Shown here one piece after another: positions 29,692 through 41,675 of a DNA stretch of 64,000 nucleotides (the first letter of the stretch is position 1; the number at the start of each line of letters is the position of its first letter). The position numbers and the translations under genes are program-made. The DNA lies in NCBI RefSeq assembly GCF_009914755.1, contig NC_060933.1. The stretch is one strand, 5' to 3'. This DNA is from the human T2T-CHM13v2.0 reference genome, Homo sapiens. The notes under the pieces are model-generated. The model ran no database searches and was not told where the DNA came from. It saw only the letters and a list, made by a program, of their open reading frames with translations.

Positions 29692-30110
29692 ACTAATTAA
29701 TGCAGCCAACAAATATTTATTCTACAGCCATTGTGTTCCAGAGCAAGTACACTTAATACAGGGGGGAGCAGAACTGCCACTACTCTTGGCCTTGTAAATG
29801 CAGTAATCACACAAGTCTATAACTGTGTGGTGAGTGCTCTGATAGAAAAGTATCATAAAAAAGCAGAATGATGGTAAAGTTCCATGAGGAAGTGACACTT
29901 AAACTGAGGTCTAAAGGGAGAGTAGGAGGTCAACAGGCACGGAATGACGAAAAGACCATTCTAGGCAAAGGGAATAGCAGGTGCCAAGGCCCCAAGGAGG
30001 GCACCAAAGAGGCTTGTGAGGCTGGAGCATAGGGGAAATGGCAGAAGATGAAGGTGGAGCTGGAGGCACGGGCCAGATCATGCCAGCCTTGCACGTGAAA
30101 GTTCTTTGCA
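29692..30110 (-). mobile_element. L2 fragment
   Basis: 'caacaaatatttatt...cattctaggcaaagggaatagcaggtgccaaggccc...ggccagatcatg'. Confidence 0.75.
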
Positions 30111-30254
30111 AACTTGTTGAGAATTAGATGTTAAATAAGAGTCAGTGAGGCTCCAAGTGGGGCTTAAGAAATCATAGTGAGATGTTTGTCAGGGTTTTGG
30201 GGTAGTTATTGTTAATGCTTAGTCTTTGATTGATGTACAGTATCAAATAGTCAT

Positions 30255-30480
30255 TGGAATGTGGGATTTGGAGCCAATGGTCTGTGTTTGAATTCGGGCT
30301 CTGACAATGCTTAGCTGTGTGAGCTCAGGCAGCTGCTTAACATCTCTGTGATTCTGTTTCCTCATCTATAAAATAGGGAAATAATGGCATCTACTCAGAG
30401 GGTTGCTTTGAATTAAATAAGTCAATATAGGTAAATTGAGGATACCCTGGGGCATATGAAGCACTCAGCACATGATTATT
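30255..30480 (+). mobile_element. MIR
   Basis: Core 'tttgaattcgggctctgac...ttagctgtgtgagctcaggcagctgcttaacatctctgtgattctgtttcctcatctataaaataggg'. Confidence 0.85.
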
Positions 30481-31329
30481 GTGTCTATGTTTGGGCTATA
30501 CTGTGGATGACAGTAGTCTGATTTTCAGATAAATGGTGCAAGTATTTTTTGTTTGACAATACGTCTTCCACAGCATTCTTGTAGTATAGACAGAAGACTG
30601 AGTCTGGGATCAGACTTCTTGGCTTTACATGGGATTAACCTCTAAATTTCAGTGTCCTCATCTGTAACTTGGGAGAACTCTTCCTCTCTGTCACTATTTT
30701 CATCATTTCTATCCTCCACGTCATTTTCAAATAACTTGTATTTAACATGTGGAAATGGGTCTCCTTTAGAATAAGGAGAGGATTCTGTCTTTGAAATCTG
30801 ATGGTGTAGCAGCGCTTCAACAGCTGAATGCATTTGCTTTCCCTGGTCTGAAAAGTATCCCTGGTTTGGAAGAACTGGAGCAAAAAGGAGGCAAAGCACC
30901 ACGCCTATCCTTGTTACCTTGATAACAACTTTTATTTCTCACTGGAAAATCCTGTTCTATCTCCCTGTTGCTGCCTTTGTTTCACAGAATAGTTTCACTT
31001 TTGTCAACAAACCATGTCCTTTCTGTTTTGTATAGTATTTGGATTCTGCCTAATGAAATAATTTCCCTTTCCTTTGTGAGAACACCTAACACTCATACAG
31101 AATTGAGATTGGGGATTTTTTTCGTAATTGCCTTATTGCCTTCTCCTAAGTCCTGTGTTAATGGGTAGCATCTCCACACGGCTTGCATCCTTCGTGTGTG
31201 TTAGATTACAGCATCTTGATGTTTGGGATATCAAATGGGACCCATCTGTGGGAGAATTATATCACAGAAGAGAATAATGAATTTCTATGTGTTTTGAGAG
31301 AAGGGAGCCCAAGGGAAAAAAGGTAGAGA

Positions 31330-31530
31330 AATAGTGTCTTACAAAATGCTCTCCCTTATGTTGCTTCATCCAATCTACATCCTTCTGAGGAGTAGCAGAT
31401 ATGATCCCTATTTTAGAAATGAAAGCCTGAGAGCCTTATTAGCAGAGCTTTGCTTACCCAAAGTCATGCAGCCAGCATAAGGGAGAACTGAGGCTTGAAT
31501 CCTGGTCTTCTGACAACCAAACTCACTCAA
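31330..31530 (-). mobile_element. MIR
   Basis: 'ccctattttagaaatga...cttacccaaagtcatgcagc...ttgaatcctggtcttctgac'. Confidence 0.7.
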
Positions 31531-32119
31531 CTGTAGGTTATCAAGGAGCCAGACACTTGGTTGCTAATTATTTTCTCCTTGCCTTTCATTTAGTGATGTT
31601 GCTTGTGTACTGCTATTAGAAATAAATAAGGAATGTGGTGGGGCATTTCAGGCCTAGAGGTCCCCGCTGCAGATGTTGCCATTCTCGATGATTCACAGCT
31701 AGTGATGCAAGTCTGTCTAGATCAACAGGGGGTTTGTGCCTGACGTATTGGGGTACTGTGAAAGAACAAACACTGACTCTATCAAACACAGCTCTTTCTA
31801 CACGTGTGATAGCCAAACCATGTCAGGCCATGTTCTGACCGTGACTCTTGACCAAATTGATTAGTGACAGTTATTCTACACAGGACCATGGTTGCATTAC
31901 ATCTTTAATCTGATTAGAGAGGTAGGGAAGACTTGGGATGCCCTTATATCCTTCTGCTTTAGAAACAATGCCCAGGATTGTTAATCCTCGAGGCAGGCGA
32001 CCACCTCTTTTCAACAGCAGAGAGCTGTAGGAGGCAACACACGTGGTAGAGTGAGCTGGCTTTGTAAAGCTGTGGTAACATTCATAGAAGATGTGCATTA
32101 GAGCCATAATAAGTCGTTG

Positions 32120-32240
32120 ATAACATTTCACAGGTGGGAAAACTGAAGCCCAGATTGGTAAAATGACTTGTCCAAGGTTACATGCAAATTAGTATCAAAG
32201 CAGAGCCTAGAATCCAGGGCCTTTTCTCCTTTGCTATTCT
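32120..32240 (-). mobile_element. MIR
   Basis: 'catttcacaggtgggaaaactgaagcccaga...tgacttgtccaaggttaca...gcagagcctagaatccagg'. Confidence 0.8.
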
Positions 32241-32262
32241 TTCATCTGTAGGGAACTTTAAA

Positions 32263-32550
32263 GCACTGGTTCTCAACTTTGATTTGCACATTGGAAATAC
32301 CTTGGGAGATTTACAGACGCTGATGCCTGGGTCCTATCCCTAAAGGTTTGGATTTAATTGGCATGGGGCGTGGCCTGAGACATCAGGATTTTAACAAAGC
32401 TCCTCAGCTGATTCTAATATACAGCAAAGCTTGAGAACCTTAGACCAGTAGTTCTCAAACCTTGCATACATTAGAATCATCAGGGGAGCTTTTAAAAAGT
32501 ATATATATCTGAAGCCCCACCCCAACACAATCACATCAGAATCTCTGAAA
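32263..32550. mobile_element. Two adjacent MER5-type relics
   Basis: cactggttctcaac...agcttgagaacc (32264-32439) followed by cagtagttctcaaac...atcagaatctctg. Confidence 0.8.
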
Positions 32551-32869
32551 AGAAAATTGATAGAGAATGGAGGAGAAAGTATCTTCTGATGTAACCTATT
32601 CTCTTTTATTTTCTTTTGGTCAGTGGGTCTTCACTTCCAAAGTTATACCTGCTTCACCACTAGAACTCTCATGGCTGTGTGTTGTGCCTCCCTCTAAAAA
32701 CGAGCAAGACTACTTGATTTCAGCTGCAAGTGATCTTCTTAGATTTCATGTCAGTGATGTTATCACTTGTGTGGGGCTGTTAGAAACGAATGAGGAGGAA
32801 GGACAGAGCATCTCAAGCACAGAAGACCCTCCTAGATGCTAATGTGTTTATTTCCGTTGGATCACCGTT

Positions 32870-33197
32870 TGCTGTGGTTTTAATGGTCTCTCCAAAACTC
32901 AGGTGTTGCCAATTGTGATGGTATCAAGAGGTGGGGCCTTTCAGAGGTGGTAAGGCCGAGAGGATGCCTCCCTCATTAATGGAATTAAGGCCCTTAGAAA
33001 AGAGGCTTCTTGCAGCAGCATTTGGCTAGTTTGCTGTCTTGTCCTTCCACCATGTCAGAATGCAGTAAGAAGGCCCATGTCAGGTGTTGGCACCTTGATT
33101 TTGGACTTCCCAGCCTCCAGAACTGTGATAAATAAATTTATTTTTTTATAAATTGTCCAGTTTCAGGTATTCTGTTATAGCAGCACAAACTAAGATG
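32870..33197 (+). mobile_element. MaLR solo LTR (MST/MLT1A-like)
   Basis: tgctgtggttttaatg...gaggtggggccttt...ttggacttcccagcctccagaactgtgataaataaattt...gtattctgttatagcagcacaaactaaga. Confidence 0.85.
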
Positions 33198-34479
33198 CTA
33201 GTCACAGTGCTTTCATTAGAATAACCTGAGAAGCTTTAAATAACAGATACCTGGGTCTTATCCCTCAACTATTTAATTAGCAGGATATGGCACCTGGGCT
33301 TCGATATTTTTTTAAAAGTTCCCAGATGCAGTAAGGATTTATTAAAGCATAAATCCTACTGGGTGCTAGGCAGCACAGCTGCACACTCAGGGATTGAATG
33401 ATCATGCCCTGGTCCATTCACCAAGCATGGAAAAAGCTGCCTTTGCTGTGCTTGAGCCTCTAGCCAGAGAACAGTTATTCAGTATTCCATCAGCATGTGG
33501 TGATATCATTTTGCTCATTGCTCCTGGGCTCTTTTAATTAAGTTTGGAAATATTGTGCTCTCTATATTTTCCCATAACCCCCCAACCCCGGGAACCTAAA
33601 GTCAGGGACAATAGCAAGCAAATTTTGTGTGAAGGAGCCCATCAGTGTTGGCAGGAGCTGTAATGGTAACTGCAGGAGTTCAACATCCACCCACACTGGG
33701 CCTTTGACCATCAAAACGTTTGAATATAAATAAAAACAATCATGTTGCATGTAAGCAAGGAGCCAAAGCCCTCTTAGTAGAGGGAATCTAGAATGAATAA
33801 AAGGTAGCAGGTCAGGAAGGATCTTGGGAGATAGGAAGCTCTAGGTCTTGGTCTTCACTGTTTGGGAACCTGACCATCATCCTTCCAGCCTTCACAGCCG
33901 GCCTTCTCAAAATGGCTTTTCTACCTTTCATAAAGGTGGCTAAAAACACCCAGGTGTTCAAGTTGTTATTGATCTTCTTGTACCTGGAAAGAAATGGAAA
34001 TGTAATTTATGATGCTTAAGAATCTCATCAGGAAGGTATTGTGGAAACATACTGTAAGGTTCTAACTGAGGTTTGAGGGGAGTGGGTGCACGAGCGGCAG
34101 GCAGCTGAAAGAACACTTGAAGAATTGCAGGGAGTTTTGACGTGGCTTTATTCTCTCTCTGGGCACAAGTGGGCTGTGGGTTCAAGCAAGGTATATGTAC
34201 AGCATCAGCAGGGTAGTTATACCTTTTACAGACAATAGTGGCTCCAAGCCAAGCACAAGCACACCTGAGTGGTTACTTAATACACCTCATGTGGCATGGT
34301 TGCGTCATGTGTGGAGCTGTGTCCCTGCACTCCAAACCTGCTGAGTCATACTGTACCAGAGGTCACCTCTGCCTATTTCTAAAGCACAGCCATTTCCCTT
34401 ACACTCTACTCCCTAGGCTAAGGGCATCCTCTGGGGCAGGGACACCTACCCATAGGGCAGAGCCCTGAATCTATAACCC

Positions 34480-35200
34480 ACAATACAAAGAATAACAGCT
34501 CACTACTAGGATCTCAGCTATGCTACTTATGACTATGAGGGCCCAGCATAGTCCAGAGCCCAGAGATGCCCACCATCTCTACAGGGGGTTGTCAGTAATG
34601 CTCTTAACCACCTTAATCTCCTGCGAGACCCCTTGCAGGGCTGCTGTTATGTTCTGCCAACTGTCAGGGATAAAGGTACAACATTGTTTTCCTAAAAGGG
34701 CACAGACGCCTCCTTGGGCAGCAGTTACTATGTCTAAAGCCATTCAGTTTTGCAACACTATCTTTCTGATCTGATTGTGACAGGTACCTATCCCACAGTG
34801 GTGTTGCCCCAGTGTTGCTGTATGTACTGTGGCACCTGGGCTGGGGGTACTACATAATCCCCAACTAGCCAGCCCACCCGTCATAAATGCTACAGGCCAG
34901 CCAGGGGGCAGGTGCACCATGGGTCTTGTAGCATCCTTTGTCCAAAGCTTGCTGTGTTGTATTCCAGGCTTCGGCCATGGGACCACAAGTCTCCAGCCAT
35001 GTCCATTTCTCTGCAGACATGGAATGTATGTGCCACGGCAAGCCATCTGCAGCTGCTGCTGGAAAGGTGGTATGGTTCCAACAGTTGGAAACATTGGTCA
35101 CCTCAGCATAGGTGTGGGCCCAGTCCACAATGCAGTTAGAGCATGTTAACCTATGGTTGAAATGACAGAGCAGGCACAGGTACTAACAGAGGTAAATCAT
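34480..35200 (-). pseudogene. env: ERV env remnant (SU start and TM ectodomain)
   Basis: The minus strand of ~34665-34775 reads QIRKIVLQN*MALDIVTAAQGGVCALLGKQCCTFIPD (immunosuppressive domain plus CX6CC); SU-like WAHTYAEVTNVSNCW at ~35080-35128. Confidence 0.85.
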
Positions 35201-35739
35201 GTCCCTTGGGCAAAATACAGGCTAACCTTTCATCCCTGGATGACAATGCATCTGCCAAGAGCTTTTGCCCTGAGCGATGATACCACACCTTCTCAGCTCC
35301 CCGTGGTTCCTTTGGGTCCTGTATCCATGCCAAAGTCATGGATGGGGGAGCTAATAATAGGCCACACAGACAGCATATATGTCCCCCGGAGGAGGGTTCC
35401 TTCCCTGGATATTCCTGTGAACAGTCAACCATGGGGACCATGTATTGAACACCCAAGGAATGACATGCAAGTCATACTGTAGGCCCTCTCCACAGGGAGC
35501 TATGACAGCCAACCACCAACAGTGGGGGGCTTGGAAGGTCCATGGCCACAGCCAGGTTTTCTGTTCCCCTGCCTTCAGGGGTGTTGGGGCAGGCAACAAC
35601 AGGTTACCATTTGTCTCCATACCTGGTCAGAGGAAGTCATCCTTCCTCCCATAGGTTTTGCCACATGGCTTGGCCCCACATGGGCTGGTGACCAACTGGC
35701 CACTTCTGTAACTTCTAGTGGTTAACCACAAGGTTAAGC

Positions 35740-37100
35740 CTCGACAGATCACCCAGCTATCAGTATAGATTACCACAGGTGTCACCTCCTTGGTGATCAC
35801 CATCAGGATTGCTCTAAATTCAGCCCATTGGCTACTTCACCTACATCCAGTTTCATACCGCATGGTATCAGTACTAGGCTGGACGGTAACAGTGGTCCAA
35901 ATAGCAGCACCTTGGTTAGACTCATCTGTGTACCATGCCCCATCAGGAATGAGGGGATGCCCTTCCTTAAATGGTGAAGGCTCAGGGTCTAGGGGTGCCT
36001 CAGGCCCCATGGCCTTATCTTGCATTAGGGCTGCAGGTCCCAAGACCTCTTGCAACTCTGCTGATAAGGGACTTGTACTCAGCATACTCCACTGCTCCAA
36101 GTAGGCGCCCCACTTTGCCAAAGTGTATGTCTGCACCGTCCAGTCTGGGGGGGGTCTTTACCCATGAATGCACCCATCCTGCTATTGGGTAAATCAGGCA
36201 CATAATGATTGTAGCCTGTCTGGTCACACACTCCTGAGCCTGAAGGGTAGCATATGCAGTTATTAACTGCTTCTCTATCAATGAATACTGGAGCTCAGCT
36301 CCTTTCCGTAGTCGGGACCAAAAGCCAACTGGCATTCTTAAGTGCTCCATGTGCTGCTATAAGCTCCAGCCAAAACTATCTGTGGTCACATTCACATCAA
36401 GTTTAAATGGGTGCCTCTGGATAATTACCTATAGGGCTTGTGCCTGCTTGGCTGCCAGGAAAGTGGTCTCAGCTGCACCATTCCAATCCCAGGAAAGAGG
36501 AGTGTTGCCACTTCTAAATCTGCAAAAGAATCAGAGGTTAGCATAATATCAAGATCACGACATATGGTGGGGCTCTGCACATAGCCCTGCAGCAACACTG
36601 AAAGTCCATTGTCACCCTCTCATGAAGGCAAACTGTTCCTGGCTCTCTGGAAAAGAATGCATTCGCCAAGTCTACCACATAGTGGTACTGTCCCAATTCC
36701 ATCATCAAGCAGTCCATCAAATGGTTTGTAAGGCCAAGCCATGTAGAATATCCACCCCCAGAATGTATTTGTGCTGGGATCTACCAGCACTAACACTTGC
36801 TATACGTTGGTGGAGGATCAGAGGATTGCTAATTTCACATGTGACTGCTGGTCGTCTGGTGTGCCCCCAAGCTGGGCACCTTGGCTAGTTCCCTAATCAA
36901 ACGGAAAAGGCTCTACACCCCCACCCAGCTACAGCACTTAGTCTTTGAGCTAGAATGCCTGGGCAGGACTGGGTTGCGCGGCATTATCCTTCTCCTGAAC
37001 GACTTGCACCAAGTCTGTGTACAACTGCCATCTACTGACAGTTTTTGGTATTTCACTGGCATCCTACACAGTCCATATGGCTGCCTATATTCACTCAATC
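35740..37100 (-). pseudogene. pol: ERV pol remnant (fragments of RT, tether and RNase H)
   Basis: YHYVVDLANAFFS (RT) at ~36650-36690; PVGFWSR...YSLIEKQL at ~36265-36332; AWYTDES (RNase H) at ~35920-35940; many deletions and frameshifts. Confidence 0.85.
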
Positions 37101-37537
37101 AGCGTGTGGTCACCTTGCCCTTGTGCCAACCACCTACTTATTAGCAGTCGCTGATGGAGGGAGGGGTGTCATAACAGAGGCAAGCTTTTCCATCTCAGGC
37201 GGAATGGAATATACTATTTGCCCCCTTGTCCCACAGATGAAGCATCCAGGCGGGCAGAGGTTCCCCTGGATGCTGGTGGCACTGTTTAATTCCCACAGGT
37301 CTGTGTGGCACCCTGTAGGAACTGAGCATGCACTTCCCACAGCACAGTCTCAAACACCCATCCAACTCTGCCGGCAAAGGTTGGTTCCTTCTCGGTGTTC
37401 TGTGCTTCCAGCTGTTTCAGCTCTTTCTCCACACTTGTGGGGGACCCATCTACCACTGCCCAGGTTTCCACCAGAGCCCATCCGAGCAGCACATCTGCCA
37501 CCAGTTCCCACAATCCATGTTGTGGCCACATAGCCAA
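37100..37537 (-). pseudogene. gag: ERV gag remnant
   Basis: Lies just after the PBS; fragments MWPQHGLWELVADVLLGWA... and QHPGEPLPAWMLHLWDKGANSI resemble class III gag. Confidence 0.65.
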
Positions 37538-37576
37538 CCTGGAATCAGCAGAGACTTAAGGCTCACTCACCTTGGG

Positions 37577-37594
37577 ATTCTGCTCATAGTGCCA
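37577..37594 (-). promoter_or_regulatory. Primer-binding site for tRNA-Ser
   Basis: TGGCACTATGAGCAGAAT, 2 nt after the 5' LTR, matches the complement of the tRNA-Ser(CGA) 3' end (TGGCGCTGTGAGCAGGAT, recalled) with three G>A transitions. Confidence 0.75.
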
Positions 37595-38129
37595 ATTGTC
37601 AGGTTCTAACTGAGGTCTGAGGGGAGTGGGTGGACAAGTGGCAGGCAGCTGAAAGAACATTCGAAGAATTGCAAGGAATTTCAACATGGCTTTATTGTCT
37701 CTCTGGGTGCAAGTGGGCTGTGGGCACAAGCAAGCCATATGTACAGCATCAGCAAGGTAGTTATACCTTTTACAGACAATAGTGGCTCCAAGCCAAGCGT
37801 GAGGGCACTTGAGTGGTTACTTAATGCACCTCACATGGTGTGGTTACATAATGTGCCTCATGTGGCATGGTTACATAACATGTGGAACTGTGCGCCTGCA
37901 CTCCAAACCCTCTGAGTCATGTTGCATCAGAAGGCTGCCTCGGCCTCTTCCTGACTAAAGCACAGCCATTTTCCTTACACATATGAAGCCACATGGAGAG
38001 GGGATAAATCCCATGGAAGCTTTCTCTGGCTTTCTGCCTGCTTAGTATACAATATGCAAGTGGATTGGCGGCTGGCATGGCTTTGCTCAGTTATCCTTTC
38101 AGTAGCTCCCATCTTCTCAGTGCAGACCA

Positions 38130-38370
38130 CCTCTCTTTTGTGAATCCTGACTCTTCTGTTCATCTGAATCAAGCCCTGTTCTCTTTCTTCTCTCTTTCCC
38201 AAGTGCTTTGTTGTACCATTTAGACACTGTAATACTAACAACACTTCTTTCTGCCCCACTAGACTGTTAAGCCTTCTCAGGCAGTAACCTGCTCACTCAT
38301 TCATTTGGCTATGTACCTAATACAGTGCTTCTATATAATTGATTCTCACAGAAATTAAAAAAATAAATGA
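38130..38370 (+). mobile_element. L2 3' fragment
   Basis: 'ccccactagactgttaagccttctcaggcag...cctaatacagtgcttctatataattgattctca...aaatga'. Confidence 0.65.
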
Positions 38371-38679
<309 letters not shown>

Positions 38680-39909
38680 TCTCTCCATCTTCTTGACTTG
38701 GATGTTTATAGCTTTTCTTCCACAGTTCTCCAAGTTAAGTTTCAGGTGAGAAGATCTTTGTGGAAGGCAGTTGCAGCAGTGGAAGAGTGGAAGCTGATGC
38801 CTTTATCTGTGTTTCACAAGTCGAGGTGGTCAGCAGAGCTGCAGAACTGTTAGGAGAACTGGGGAGTCAAGCTCTGTCACTTTCCTGATCTGAATGACTC
38901 TTGAAAGATCTAAAATGAGGGCCTCTCTGAGGTGGGGGAACTGATTGAAGCAGGGCAAAGAAATAAAAATTCTTACCATTTCATGAATAGTGACACAGAG
39001 GATCTCACCTCTCTGTGTCTGGCACTTAGCAGACATGCAGTAAATATTTGTTGGGTGAACTTGTCTGCCATAACCTAAGAAGGCATCAGTTCACAGGGAC
39101 TTCAAGTAGCTTCTAATGTGCAGCTTGGCTCCATTTCTGTTGCTTTCCTAGTATGACAGAATTACTATTGAGACGATTCATTAGTCATTTCCAGAACAGT
39201 TTTATTGGGATGACTATTACCATGTATTTAACTTCTCAGATCTCCATAGCATTTTATTGCTGATTATTATTCCACTAATCCATTCAACGGTGATGGAGCT
39301 GTATTCAGTCTTAGTAAGGGCCAATCTATTCAGCTAGCTGCGTGTCCAATGAGCCACCAGTTAAAATCCCCACAGAGGCCCTCCCAGATAATACAGGACC
39401 TTTAATTAAGTGGTGTTAACAAAGATCACACAGATTTTCCTTTGATGTTTTTATTAGCCAAATATTATAGTGATCGATGATTACCATTGTATAGAAAATA
39501 TACTAATGAAGATTAAATTAAAATAGGTTTCAAGGTACCAGCATGCAGGAAATCAAGTTCTTTAGAAAAGAAAGAAAAGATGATTGATAGGTATCTGGGA
39601 TTTTTGTGTTTACATGTATACCTACAGAAACCAATTTAAACAGTGTTCTTTTTGTTTTGGTCTCCTTGAAAGAGTACTATAAACTCTTCTGATCTAAGAT
39701 GTATTGATATATAGAGAAGGAAGGCAAATATCTATGAAATATAGTTACAAAACAAGGGTTTGGGTTGTTGAAAGTGTTATACGTGCCATTCTATGAAATT
39801 AGAATTTTTGATCTACATGATGAGTTAGTGTTATGTGTCAGATGCTTTCTAGCAGCGGCAGCAGAAATGTTTTCTTGGGAGAAGGAATGAAAGCTTATAT
39901 GGAACCCTG

Positions 39910-40132
39910 ATATATATATATATATAAAATATGTATATAATATAAGAATATATAATATATTATAAGAATATATATAATATATAATATAAGAATATATATA
40001 ATATATAACAAGAATATATATTATATAAGAATATATATTATATATTATAAGAATATATAACATATTATCAGAATATATAATATATAATATATTATAAGAA
40101 TATATATAATATATAAATATATATGCTATATA
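39910..40132. repeat. AT-rich degenerate minisatellite
   Basis: (TA)n followed by repeated 'ataagaatatata(ta)atatat' units of ~20-25 bp. Confidence 0.95.
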
Positions 40133-40646
40133 AGAGAACTGATTCAGTTGAAAACAGAACTTGATCCTCCCACACCCCCACTTTATAGCTCCTTTGTCTC
40201 CACATACCATCCAAGAAGAAGCATATTTCTGGAACTCTTGAGCTCTGTACAGTTTGTAAACTGTTGCCCCATTGAGTAAATTTTAGAGAAGCATTCTCTA
40301 GTGTGAAAGTGGACCCCTTTTCCTTCCTGAAAAGACAACTGAGGCAACTTCAGTCACCCTCTTGGCCCCTGAACGTTGTTTATTCAATAGCAGTGGTAAT
40401 AGCCGATATATCAGCTCAATTTTAAAACATTTCATTTGTTTAATCTTTAGCTTTGATGCTGGGGGGATCCTCAGGAAATATGTTGCTTGTTCTTTTGAAA
40501 ATCCCAGTAGACAACAGGTGAAAAGTGTAAATAATGAGTCTCAGAACTTGTAATTAGCCCAATAGGGAAGAGCAGCTCAACACATCCAAAATAGAAGACA
40601 CACCATAGCCATAACCCTGTCCTGAAAGCATCTCTGCTAGGTTTCG

Positions 40647-40828
40647 TTTCTTTTTCTTTTCTCCTTTTCTTTTTCTCTTTTTTCCTTTTTCTTTTTCTCT
40701 CTTCTCTCTCTCTTTGTCCCTCTCTCTCCTGTCTCTCTCTTTCTCTTTCTCTCTTTCTCTTTCTCTCTCTTTATCTCTCTCTGTCTCTGTCTCTCTCTCT
40801 CTCTTTCTCTTTCTCTCTCTCTCTCTCT
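40647..40828. repeat. Polypyrimidine (TC/TTTC)n tract
   Basis: ~180 bp of almost only C and T on the + strand. Confidence 0.95.
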
Positions 40829-41163
40829 CAATTCCAACATCTAACAAAGTATTCCACACATAGGAGTTATTCAATAAATAGTTGAGACTCAAGAGTAATT
40901 TGTAGAATTTTTAGACTTTTGAGACAGATGCAATGAACAACTCTATTTTATATCACCATTTAGCAGAGTAGTCACATTTTGGGAATTTGTATAGAAGAAA
41001 GCACTGAAGACGTCTCATGATTCAGGCTGCAGTCTTGCCTTAGAACAAATGAGTTGGGATGACATTAAAGCCCAGAGAAGCTAAATTATTTGCCCAATTT
41101 CCTTATCTATAAAATGAGGAAGTTCAGTCTGATGATCTCAGTCCTTTCAACTAGAGCATTTCA

Positions 41164-41675
<512 letters not shown>

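Larger units (their letters stand above)
34053..37979 (-). mobile_element. Internally deleted HERV-S / HERVL18 provirus (3.9 kb) with two LTR18-like LTRs
   Basis: LTRs at 34053-34403 (3') and 37597-37979 (5') with TG...CA ends; TSD CATAC/CATAT; PBS next to the 5' LTR; purine tract gggagtagag before the 3' LTR; gag, pol and env remnants in the expected order. Confidence 0.9.

Noticed and set aside
39791-40210. 139-aa Tyr/Ile-rich ORF
   Set aside because: It is a translation of the TA-rich minisatellite.
40554-40892. Glu/Arg/Lys-rich ORFs
   Set aside because: They are translations of the (GA)n strand of the polypyrimidine tract.
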